From positions 1-31,061 of IMG/VR virus record IMGVR_UViG_3300029767_000022: a stretch of DNA of 31,061 nucleotides. One strand, given 5' to 3'. Below are positions 21,526-29,286 of the stretch, piece by piece. The notes below the pieces were generated by a model. That model worked only from the letters and a program-made list of their open reading frames with translations, had not been told where the DNA came from and did no database searches. The translations under genes and the position numbers were made by a program. Each line of letters opens with the position of its first letter. Position 1 is the stretch's first letter. This DNA is from a virus.

Positions 21526-21878
21526 TAGTCACCTTTGATGTCGACCGTGATGTTCTTCGCCATCAGACCGCACAACGCGGTCATGGCACGCTGATAGGCA
21601 AGGTCGCTACGTTTACGAGTCTGTGAAGCCCACTCGGAGAATTTATCAGCTGGACTCATAAGCGATTCGACCAGCGGGAAGATAATCTTTTCAGCGGTTT
21701 CCAAAGTCTCACGGTTCGTCACGCCAGCGCTCAGCTTGTCAATTGTTTCCGCATTATCCAAGATCGTGAGCATATCCTTAGAGCCGAGCGGGCGCATGGT
21801 GTACACGGTGCCGTCGATTTTCACGGTGAGGGTGCGGAACGCTTCTCGGGTGTCGATGCTCAAAACAGGGGTAGTCAT
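21525..21878 (-). CDS. Tail assembly chaperone, first ORF of the pair (117 aa)
   Basis: Position directly after the major tail gene and its hairpin. The size is typical of gpG-like chaperones. RBS GGAG. Confidence 0.6.
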   Translation of the reverse strand: MTTPVLSIDTREAFRTLTVKIDGTVYTMRPLGSKDMLTILDNAETIDKLSAGVTNRETLETAEKIIFPLVESLMSPADKFSEWASQTRKRSDLAYQRAMTALCGLMAKNITVDIKGD

Positions 21879-21944
21879 TATATTTGCTCCAATCGTGTGA
21901 TATTATGAATCATGTTGCTTTTCTCGGGACCTTTTCTCTCCTGC

Positions 21945-21975
21945 GCCCGCTACCACTAAAATTCTGGTGGCGGGC
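21945..21975 (-). terminator. Hairpin after the major tail protein gene (attenuating terminator candidate, no U tract)
   Basis: Minus strand: GCCCGCCACCAG-aatttt-AGTGGTAGCGGGC, starting 12 nt after the stop at 21987. Confidence 0.45.
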
Positions 21976-21986
21976 GTTACTTATGC

Positions 21987-22814
21987 TCACGCACTGGCGA
22001 CATTGAATTTAACCACGGTTTGAACAGCGCCAGCCTTGAACGTGACGGTACCCGTACCAGCCTGCTTAAACTGAATATCCCAAGTACCATCCCCGTTGTC
22101 CGTAGCGACAGCCTTAGCAGTTTCAGCTACGGTGGCGGTGATGGTACCAGTCGCACCATTCGGAGACGCCACCACATTCACGGTCACATGATCGTCGATC
22201 TTGCCCGAGATGTTCGCCGGGGACGCGGTAAGCGCGGTGACCAGAACGTTCTCCGTCTTGATGGTGCCGGAATCCTCGTCGTAGTACGATGGGTTATCTA
22301 GATCAAGCTCGCCCATGACCACGGCACCGTTTGCACCGGGAGTCATCGAGCCGGACAGTGTGACCACGAACGGGTCGGACAGGCTCACGGTGAACTCGCC
22401 GCCCGCGCTGGTTAGCGCCTGCGGGATACGGAAGTCCTGCGCCGATGAATGGCCATCGCACACGTTATGGATAATGATGTCACGCGGAGTGTTGGAAATA
22501 CATTCGTTGCCGCCGAAACGCACCTGACCCGTCTCGGACAGCGAACCGGAGATAACTCGCTTGAACTTCGCATTATGGTACAGTTCCGGAAACAGCATAC
22601 CGAGGTAGCGGACGCTCGGACAGATAATGTTCAGCTCGAAACTCATTTCCTCGTATGAACCGTTCGGTACGTTGATAGTGCCGGACTGCGAAGCAACCTC
22701 GGTAGTGCCGGGAGTAAGGGTGATGCTGCCGACTTCATCCTGAACGTAGTCGGGGGAGATCACCATATCGTCGATGTAGACTGTCTTCTTGCCAATAATG
22801 GGGTAGGAAGCCAT
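21987..22814 (-). CDS. Major tail protein with C-terminal Ig-like domain (275 aa)
   Basis: Position upstream of the chaperone pair. The C-terminal 80 aa (VTALTASPANISGKIDDHVTVNVVASPNGATGTITATV...GTVTFKAGAVQTVVKFNV) look like a Big_2-type Ig fold. The start is set at ATG 22814, with AAAGGA 6 nt upstream. Confidence 0.8.
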   Translation of the reverse strand: MASYPIIGKKTVYIDDMVISPDYVQDEVGSITLTPGTTEVASQSGTINVPNGSYEEMSFELNIICPSVRYLGMLFPELYHNAKFKRVISGSLSETGQVRFGGNECISNTPRDIIIHNVCDGHSSAQDFRIPQALTSAGGEFTVSLSDPFVVTLSGSMTPGANGAVVMGELDLDNPSYYDEDSGTIKTENVLVTALTASPANISGKIDDHVTVNVVASPNGATGTITATVAETAKAVATDNGDGTWDIQFKQAGTGTVTFKAGAVQTVVKFNVASA

Positions 22815-22867
22815 TGTTTGTCCTTTCGTCGGGCGGGACTGCACACGCGGCGACTAATGGACGGTTC

Positions 22868-23296
22868 CTATTCTACCGTTGCCGGGTCGAGTTTGTAATC
22901 CACATTGAACCGGATGCTTTTCACCCAGCGGCCTTCCCCGTCGATGGCGTCCATGTCGATTGCGGTAGCCGGATGCACGCGGATTGATACAAAGTCAATA
23001 TCAGCGATAGGGTTGCATGTCAGTCGGCAATACTCATGCAGACGATTGTTGACGAAGTGCAGGAGACGGAGCATCAGACGGCCTTGTTCGATCACGTCGA
23101 AATAGCGGCTACTGATAGTGAGCTGATCGGTGTAGAGGTCGCCGTTGATGCCCACGGTGTTCGCGTTGACCCAGATGCCCTCGGCGTTCGTGACGCTGCC
23201 CGTGTCCAGTACTGGGCTGGTGCCGAAGAACAGTGTCTTTCCGTAAGTGCCGAAACCCTCGTTTTGGAGGGTCATGCACATGGCCAGATCAATCAT
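22868..23296 (-). CDS. Tail terminator / tail completion protein candidate (142 aa)
   Basis: ORF directly upstream of the major tail gene. Called by synteny only. Confidence 0.5.
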   Translation of the reverse strand: MIDLAMCMTLQNEGFGTYGKTLFFGTSPVLDTGSVTNAEGIWVNANTVGINGDLYTDQLTISSRYFDVIEQGRLMLRLLHFVNNRLHEYCRLTCNPIADIDFVSIRVHPATAIDMDAIDGEGRWVKSIRFNVDYKLDPATVE

Positions 23297-23306
23297 GATG
23301 GCGCTC

Positions 23307-23630
23307 CTATCCTAGGTTGAAATATGATTTAGCACGGCTAGCGGCAGTGTTCCTAGCCCGCTGGAGGTAGCGTACCGTGTTCGGGTGCAACCGGTTCGTG
23401 TGTTCGCGGATACGTGCGTAAGGCACGCGACTGTTGCCGAACGTGATACGCCACTTTACGGTGGAAAGTTGTTGGAAACGGCCACTGTTACGCAGCGCTC
23501 CAGTCAAGACGGGAGCGTTCTGACGTGCCATCTTGAGAATGTCCGTCATCATTCGAACGCCACCCTTGTTCAACTGTTGGGTGGAGAGCTTACGCGCCCA
23601 ATCGGCGGACAACTGTAATCGGTAACTCAT
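23307..23630 (-). CDS. HK97 gp10-like neck/tail-completion protein (107 aa)
   Basis: ILKMARQNAPVLTGALRNSGRF...VPYARIREH fits the HK97 gp10 family pattern (...aP..tG.Lr.si...v.Ya..vE.G). Confidence 0.65.
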   Translation of the reverse strand: MSYRLQLSADWARKLSTQQLNKGGVRMMTDILKMARQNAPVLTGALRNSGRFQQLSTVKWRITFGNSRVPYARIREHTNRLHPNTVRYLQRARNTAASRAKSYFNLG

Positions 23631-24010
23631 ATGCTGTCCCTGCCATACGGGTTCCCGTACACGGTGATGAACCGGGTTTCTCCCATGTCCATGTCATCGC
23701 CGCGACTGGCTTGCGTGACTTGGTACACTCTGCCATCGGACAATTTCACCATGAGATCGGGCCATAGTTCCATGTTTTCCCGCAAGTCCTCGGGAACCGT
23801 GTCCGTTTGAATATGGAAGCGTCGGGTGCTGATACGCGAACCGTATTCGGTCGGCTGATCGGACTGTGTTGAATGCTTCACAATCACCTGCAAGTCGGCC
23901 AGTTGTTCGTTAGGCAGACCGGGAGCCGTATACCGCCAAAGCGTAGCCGTCTGGACTTGGTTAGGGAACAGTCGGAACGGGTCACAGAGCGTTGCCATAA
24001 GCGTAGTCAC
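23627..24010 (-). CDS. Head closure / head-tail adaptor candidate (127 aa)
   Basis: Position in the head-tail joining block, with ATGA coupling to the next gene. Called by synteny only. Confidence 0.5.
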   Translation of the reverse strand: MTTLMATLCDPFRLFPNQVQTATLWRYTAPGLPNEQLADLQVIVKHSTQSDQPTEYGSRISTRRFHIQTDTVPEDLRENMELWPDLMVKLSDGRVYQVTQASRGDDMDMGETRFITVYGNPYGRDSI

Positions 24011-24644
24011 CCCCCACGTAATCCTGCGGGTTGAGCCACCACGGCAGATTATGGTGCTTGCGAGGCATGGAGAGAATACCCCCTGTCGGGACTCCGTTAC
24101 GGCATAGACTCCACTGGCTAATAAGCGACCGGTACGGCGTCAACGCACGTTCCATAGCCGTCTCGTTGATTGTTGCGTAGCCCACGCTCACATCCTCTAT
24201 GCTCTTGGATGTGATGCGGTCTGTCTGTTCAAGAACGTTCTGATCTGCCTCGATGACCGCTGCAAGCACCGAAGATAATGGGGCGGGCAGTTTGGCGAAC
24301 CCGTGCGTTCCCGTCACGGTGACTGCCGTGCCTACATTGAGACGTTGCGCGATAGTCAGATAGTTGGCGTACTTGGTTTCGGGAGTCCACCCGTCACCCA
24401 TAGCGTAGTTCACATGAAAAGCGAGAGTCACGCCGTCGGTGGTCTGCACGTTGGTTACTTCCGAATACCACGCCAATAGGGCTACGTGGCGACCGTCTCC
24501 TACGATGATTCCAATGTAATCATCCGTAATCGGGAATAGGTCTTTTTGGCATAGGATGTTGGCGAGGTCTGCGAGCGCGGCGTCCTTCCATCGCGCGTAG
24601 ATCGTCTCTCCTACTTGATCGATTACGCTTGCGTCGATGTCCAT
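23982..24644 (-). CDS. Head-tail connector candidate (220 aa)
   Basis: First ORF of the joining block after the capsid/collagen-like genes. Called by synteny only. Confidence 0.45.
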   Translation of the reverse strand: MDIDASVIDQVGETIYARWKDAALADLANILCQKDLFPITDDYIGIIVGDGRHVALLAWYSEVTNVQTTDGVTLAFHVNYAMGDGWTPETKYANYLTIAQRLNVGTAVTVTGTHGFAKLPAPLSSVLAAVIEADQNVLEQTDRITSKSIEDVSVGYATINETAMERALTPYRSLISQWSLCRNGVPTGGILSMPRKHHNLPWWLNPQDYVGGDYAYGNAL

Positions 24645-24668
24645 GTTTGCTCCTTCCGGAAATGAGTT

Positions 24669-24701
24669 AGGCCCTACCTCCCATTGTAGGAGATAGGGCC
24701 T
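24669..24701 (-). terminator. Hairpin after the collagen-like gene
   Basis: AGGCCCTACCTCC-cattgta-GGAGATAGGGCCT gives about 12 bp with one mismatch. It lies in the 93-nt gap between 24738 and 24644. Confidence 0.45.
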
Positions 24702-24737
24702 TTGCGGTGCAGTCCCGCTACTGTTTAGGGTAGCGTG

Positions 24738-25133
24738 TCAGACGGACGCCATCAGACCTGCGTCGATCAGAGCTTTCACCACTTCGGCAACAGAACCGGT
24801 CGAAGGGTTAACGTGAGCGGCCTTAGTGATCGGACCAGCTGGGCCAGCCGGACCAGCTGGGCCAGCCGGACCCTGCGGGCCAGCCGGACCAGCTGGGCCA
24901 GCCGGACCCTGCGGGCCACGCGCACCAGCCGGACCAGCTGGGCCAGCCGGACCAGCTGGGCCAGCCGGACCCTGCGGGCCAGCCGGACCAGCTGGGCCAG
25001 CCGGACCCTGCGGGCCCGTCAAAGACACTGGTTTGCCGGACTTGTCCACAACGTTGATGACCTTAATCGTGTTCAGGTTGTCTTCTGGCAGCGCTTTGCT
25101 GTCGACTCGTACGTACATTTCAGCGTTCATCAT
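24738..25133 (-). CDS. Collagen-like (Gly-X-Y) repeat protein, translationally coupled to the capsid gene (131 aa)
   Basis: There are 21 uninterrupted G-X-Y triplets ([12 protein letters not shown], aa 40-102) between a 39-aa N-terminal and a 29-aa C-terminal non-repeat region. ATGA overlap with the capsid-fusion stop at 25130..25133. Confidence 0.9.
   Translation of the reverse strand: MMNAEMYVRVDSKALPEDNLNTIKVINVVDKSGKPVSLTGPQGPAGPAGPAGPQGPAGPAGPAGPAGPAGARGPQGPAGPAGPAGPQGPAGPAGPAGPAGPITKAAHVNPSTGSVAEVVKALIDAGLMASV
24828..25016. repeat. Tandem 9-bp-periodic repeat encoding the Gly-Pro-Ala/Gln triplets
   Basis: Units GGACCAGCTGGGCCAGCCGGACCCTGCGGGCCAGCC... repeat with higher-order periodicity. 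The repeats are in-frame coding, not spacer-separated. Confidence 0.9.
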
Positions 25134-26950
25134 TTACTCTTCGGCTTGATGACCACGGCGGACTTCTCAGCGTCCAGACCGCCACCAGCGTAGATTTCCT
25201 GAAGATACTCGTTGGTGTTGGTGGACAGCGCGAAGTTGGTGAAAGCCTCGATGGAGGTATCGCCAACCACCGCGTAGTGGGACGCGGACATGATGACGCC
25301 CATAGTGGTGGTGTCGTCCGTGTCCGTCCACCATTCAGGGGTAATGATCCGGTTAACGCCGAGGGCGCGGGCCAGAGTATCGTCACCGCCGAGAGCAATG
25401 TACGTGTTGCCGTTAGCATTCGCGGACATCAGCAGGTCGGCCACGGTGTCAGCGTTGCACAGCAGCACCTTGTTGCCCTGAGCGCGAACCATGTGGGAGG
25501 CACGCACGAAGTCCATCAGCGGAGTGTCATCTGTCATGGTGTAGGAGAGCGCGAAACGGTTGCCATTCCACTCGGACGACTTGTCTGCTGCGTCGGTCAC
25601 GACGGAACGGAAATGGGCCATGTCCGTGTAACCGCCGAGCGTGATCTGACGTTCGATGGTCTGGACGATGTAGTTCGGGAGTTCCTGAAGCACGTAGCGG
25701 AGCAGAGCGCCCGGACGCTGGGTGCGGCGGATATCACCCTTGTTCAGCTTGATGTACTTGTAGGTGTAATCGGCCTGAAGCTCACGCTTCACGAACGAAA
25801 GCACCTGTTCCTCCTTCTTCGTGCCGTAGGAGGCCACAGGGTAGCCGTGAGCACGGGTCTCGTCAGTCAGACCGGCAACGTTGCCACCGATGGTCAGGCG
25901 ATCCATACCGGTTTTGCGCAGCAGGTTCCACAGGCCGGAGCCACGCGTGTTCAGCGCGTCCGCGATTGTGGTGATTGCCGCAGTCGGGATGAACTTGTTC
26001 ACATTGTCACCGTCAACGCCGAACGATGCGGTGTCCGACATGTTACGGTTCACAGTGTCAGTCCACTCACGGTGGAATGCTTCGACACCCTTGTTATCAG
26101 TGTCGATCAGGGCACGTTCGAACGCGATCATAGCGTCATCGGAGTCAAGCCACGTCTTACGGTCGTGGGAGAACGTCACGGTACCCGACTGGTGGGCGGC
26201 GTGGTTGGCTTTGTTAATGATGATGGTCTGGCGACCGCTGGAAGTCTGCACGGGGTCCTCCGGTGCCGGGGTGCCCTCGCCCTCGCCCTCGCCTTCCTTC
26301 TGGTTGGTGATGGCAGCGGTGATGTCATCGAGAGCGGACTGCATGATGTCACCGATGGAATCGGTGAGCTGTTCCGCCTCGTCCGGGGTGAGTTTGAACT
26401 GGGCGATGGTACGCGCCAGTTTCTTCAGGAGTTCCGGGTTCATGGTGTCTCCATTCTTGTTGTTGCGGCTGTTGATTGCGGTGAAAGCGGCCCTTGGGTC
26501 GGCCCCACGATAGACAACGCTGATTTCCAGTAGTTCGCCATCGTGGATGATCCCGTCCTTGCCGGGACACTGGTTGAATTCAACGGTGATGCTGAAACTG
26601 TTGGTCAGGCATCCGTCGGCGGCAAGCTGGCGGATACGTTCGCCTTGATCGACCTCGCTGAGTTTCGCTTCGGCCATCATCCCATCATCGGTCATCCAAA
26701 GTCGGGTGATTGCACCCGCTTGGCATTCGATACTGGGCATGTGGTCGATCAGGAGCGGAAGGGATAGTTTGTCGGACTCGGTGAGATCGGACACCAGTTT
26801 CAGAGTGCCGTCGATTAACGGCGCTTTCAGTGTCTTCAAATCTACGGTGAGTCCGTCGCACATCACTTTGCCGCTGTTGGCAAGGAAGGTGAGGGTACGA
26901 CCATTGGTTTCTGGGGCACCGCTGTTGGCGAAGCTCTTACGAGTCTTCAT
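25130..26950 (-). CDS. Fusion protein: HK97-family prohead protease (S78) - scaffold-like linker - HK97-fold major capsid protein (606 aa)
   Basis: The N-terminus [22 protein letters not shown]...NSFSITVEF...[14 protein letters not shown] fits the prohead protease pattern (v.ll..H......iG ... S.gf). The middle is helical/acidic ([56 protein letters not shown]). The C-terminal 320 aa or so is major-capsid-like. The start is set at ATG 26950, because the longer track start overlaps ORF 27004..27144. Confidence 0.8.
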   Translation of the reverse strand: MKTRKSFANSGAPETNGRTLTFLANSGKVMCDGLTVDLKTLKAPLIDGTLKLVSDLTESDKLSLPLLIDHMPSIECQAGAITRLWMTDDGMMAEAKLSEVDQGERIRQLAADGCLTNSFSITVEFNQCPGKDGIIHDGELLEISVVYRGADPRAAFTAINSRNNKNGDTMNPELLKKLARTIAQFKLTPDEAEQLTDSIGDIMQSALDDITAAITNQKEGEGEGEGTPAPEDPVQTSSGRQTIIINKANHAAHQSGTVTFSHDRKTWLDSDDAMIAFERALIDTDNKGVEAFHREWTDTVNRNMSDTASFGVDGDNVNKFIPTAAITTIADALNTRGSGLWNLLRKTGMDRLTIGGNVAGLTDETRAHGYPVASYGTKKEEQVLSFVKRELQADYTYKYIKLNKGDIRRTQRPGALLRYVLQELPNYIVQTIERQITLGGYTDMAHFRSVVTDAADKSSEWNGNRFALSYTMTDDTPLMDFVRASHMVRAQGNKVLLCNADTVADLLMSANANGNTYIALGGDDTLARALGVNRIITPEWWTDTDDTTTMGVIMSASHYAVVGDTSIEAFTNFALSTNTNEYLQEIYAGGGLDAEKSAVVIKPKSK

Positions 26951-27003
26951 CTTGGCCCTTTCAGATAGGGGGTTAGTGGTGCGGTCGAACGTCCTTAATG
27001 GGC

Positions 27004-27144
27004 TTAATGTTCTGACCCCCATAGTAGCACGATGCGGTACGTGTCCAAACCTTTGCAGTTCGGGCACTTCAACGTAACCATCGTGTCACGGGCGCAGGAA
27101 CCTAGATACCGTCCGCAATGTTTGCAATGGATGTCGTAAGTCAT
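27004..27144 (-). CDS. Mu Com-like zinc-ribbon protein (46 aa)
   Basis: Below the track cutoff. Hand translation: MTYDIHCKHCGRYLGSCARDTMVTLKCPNCKGLDTYRIVLLWGSEH, with CxxC-x16-CPxCK spacing as in phage Mu Com. ATGA overlap with the portal-MuF stop at 27141..27144. Confidence 0.55.
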   Translation of the reverse strand: MTYDIHCKHCGRYLGSCARDTMVTLKCPNCKGLDTYRIVLLWGSEH

Positions 27145-29228
27145 GATTCCACCACCTCGTAATCCTCGTAGCATCGGCAGTTTGGGTGTCCGTTCGGGGT
27201 TTGCATACTCTCGAAATTGTTCACGTAGGTTCGGTCTCCGATTTCCACGCTGGCGTTTTCAGCCAGATACGTGTCATCGAGCGCGATTCGCTTGCCTTCC
27301 ATGTGACGGCAGAATTCGCACACTTTTTCGTCTCCGCTGGTACGCCATACCTTGTACAGTCGGACGCCGAGCGTTTCGCTGAGATTGCGGGCACTGTAGA
27401 GACTGCCGAGCCGTTGCGATTGCACGGTTTCGCATCGGGCAATCAGTTCGGCGTGATCGTTGCCCATGCGTTCGAGCTCGTCACGCAGGCGTTCGGCGTC
27501 CCACTGTTCCACGTCGGCACGGTTCAGGATTTCTAGGACGTTGTTTGTGATGGTTTTGCTGGTGGACTTGGCGATGCTACGCAAGTGGTCCACGTAGGCT
27601 TCATGCACGGTGTCGGGGAGTTCAGTCCAGAAGTAGAGTTGCCGCCAATCATCGGCAGTGTAGTTCTCGATTTCCACGGCAATGGAGCTTTCGGGGTGGG
27701 TCTCCGCCCACACGGTAATGACCTGCTCCAACTCGTAGCCGGTACGGCGGGCGTAGGCGGCGAGGTTGGTCATCAGGTCATCTTTCACGTTGTTTATCCA
27801 CTGGTCGCCGATGGCTTCCAGATCGTCGCGTAATCCGTTCTGAGAACGGCGGGCGAGTCTGATAACCCTGTCCACATAGGTTCGGGTGGCGGGAAGGATG
27901 CGTTTCTCTGTTGCTGTCTCCTGCGGTTTGATATTACGGCTATACCGTTTTGCGGCTACTGGGATAGTCAGCGTCGGAGCCTGCTGATGCAAGTCAAGAC
28001 GCTTGTACGAGTCGGGTAAGCCGAGCGCATCCACGGCAGACTCCAGACTGACACCCATGTTCAGGAGTTGGGTGAGCGAGTCAATACGTACCTTCTGGAT
28101 GTCGGCCTGAACCTTCTCTACGTCGGTTTGGGAAGGCAGAGCGAGGTCGAAAGTGATGCCATACCCAAGTCCACCGGTGATGCGGTCTAGTTCGAACTGC
28201 CATTTATCCCACACCGTCATACACAACGGCTTCAACGTATTCTCGATGAACGCGCGTTCGGCCTGTTCGGCGTTGGCGTAGGTCTGCCCGTTATCGATGC
28301 CGCGAATAATGTCCGGGACTGCCAGAGCGTTCGACAACCTGTTGTTTACCACGTCGTTGACGGCCTGCAAGTCCAGCGTATCGTTGGTGTTCTGGAATGG
28401 CACCCACACCAGTTTGCTGGTGGTGCTGGGCTTATGGGTCATAGGGTCAACCGGGATCATGTTGTATACGATTCCGTTGTTGTTGCCCGCGCCACGGAAT
28501 GTGCTTTCGAGGCGTTCGCGGTTGCGTTGGAAGTCCTCGGTGTTCTCCGATACGATGCCGAGCATTCCAGCCGGTACAGCGTTGTTGCCGAAGAAACCAC
28601 GCTCATAGTCGGCGATCATATCGTCCACGTTCGCCCACTTCTTCACCGTCATAGCAGGAGCAATGCCGCGCGTCGGATCGTTCGGATGCTGCGAATAGCT
28701 GAGGGCGATGGTTTCGTCTCGGGAGAATTCGTAGACTCGTTCGCCGTCGCCCAAGTCCATCGTGACGCGATGATACCAGTCCGAGCGAGAAGAATTATAC
28801 TGGCGGCTGTTCGACGGTAACAGCGTATATCCGATGATGTTGTCGGCTGTAATGTCTCCGCCCGGCCCGTTAGTTGTCCAGATAAGAATATCCAAGTGTG
28901 ACTGGGTGAGGATGGTGGCGCAAACAATCTTGAGAAACTCCAAGCATGAATACGTGTCGTTGGGCGCGTAGAGCGCGGCCAATGGTGCGGGAGCCGGTTC
29001 GATACGCCGGTTGTCCGAGTCCACGGCGTAGGGGATTACCGTGCTGAACCGTTGGGCGATAGCGTTCACGTAGGGAAACACGTTGTCGTAGGTGTCGTGC
29101 AGTGGAATGGTGTTGCCGCCCATCGGCTGCCAAATGTTCCCGCCCATCGGTGTGGGGGACATACTGGGCGCATGGTTACGGTCGAACGCGCTCATAAAAC
29201 CTTCACGGAGATTGTTCAGCAGGCTCAC
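27141..29228 (-). CDS. Portal protein fused to a C-terminal MuF / SPP1 gp7-like minor head domain (695 aa)
   Basis: The size and position after TerL, plus the portal-like N-terminal 450 aa or so, support the portal call. The C-terminus WRTSGDEKVCEFCRHMEGKRIALDD...PNGHPNCRCYEDYEV is the Phage_Mu_F signature (…DerVc..C..l.G…HPnCRC). GTG start with GAGGAA upstream. Confidence 0.85.
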   Translation of the reverse strand: MSLLNNLREGFMSAFDRNHAPSMSPTPMGGNIWQPMGGNTIPLHDTYDNVFPYVNAIAQRFSTVIPYAVDSDNRRIEPAPAPLAALYAPNDTYSCLEFLKIVCATILTQSHLDILIWTTNGPGGDITADNIIGYTLLPSNSRQYNSSRSDWYHRVTMDLGDGERVYEFSRDETIALSYSQHPNDPTRGIAPAMTVKKWANVDDMIADYERGFFGNNAVPAGMLGIVSENTEDFQRNRERLESTFRGAGNNNGIVYNMIPVDPMTHKPSTTSKLVWVPFQNTNDTLDLQAVNDVVNNRLSNALAVPDIIRGIDNGQTYANAEQAERAFIENTLKPLCMTVWDKWQFELDRITGGLGYGITFDLALPSQTDVEKVQADIQKVRIDSLTQLLNMGVSLESAVDALGLPDSYKRLDLHQQAPTLTIPVAAKRYSRNIKPQETATEKRILPATRTYVDRVIRLARRSQNGLRDDLEAIGDQWINNVKDDLMTNLAAYARRTGYELEQVITVWAETHPESSIAVEIENYTADDWRQLYFWTELPDTVHEAYVDHLRSIAKSTSKTITNNVLEILNRADVEQWDAERLRDELERMGNDHAELIARCETVQSQRLGSLYSARNLSETLGVRLYKVWRTSGDEKVCEFCRHMEGKRIALDDTYLAENASVEIGDRTYVNNFESMQTPNGHPNCRCYEDYEVVES

Positions 29229-29286
29229 AGTTTCCTCGATTCGTCATAAGACCCTGCGTCTAGTCTACCGGGTGCAACGCATAAAC

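Noticed and set aside
21525-21560. Canonical -1 programmed frameshift joining the two tail-chaperone ORFs
   Set aside because: The second ORF is in the -1 frame. However, that frame has a TGA only two codons upstream of its ATG, and no XXXYYYZ slippery heptamer is present in ...GACATCAAAGGTGACTAATG. The second ORF has its own SD (AAGGTG) and a TAATG restart geometry.
21896-21912. Seventh copy of the TGTGATAT operator motif in the late arm (TGTGATATTATGAATCA)
   Set aside because: Only the left arm is present and the spacing is wrong. There is no -35 in plus orientation, and it would point antisense into the major tail gene. It may be chance or a weak half-site.
24828-25016. Possible CRISPR array (also considered for 3476..3592)
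   Set aside because: The repeats are contiguous with no unique spacers. They have 9-bp or 30-bp periods that stay in frame within ORFs, and no cas genes are present.
24735-25193. Plus-strand ORFs (152 aa, 107 aa) across the collagen repeat
   Set aside because: They are alternative or antisense readings of the GGN-CCN tandem repeat (SWASRT.. and PAGPAG.. frames). The minus-strand frame has proper non-repeat termini and ATGA coupling to the capsid gene.
25277-26533. 418-aa and 210-aa plus-strand ORFs antisense to the capsid fusion gene
   Set aside because: These are typical GC-rich shadow ORFs with Val/Gly/Arg/His-rich composition. They are embedded entirely in a gene with clear protease and capsid motifs.
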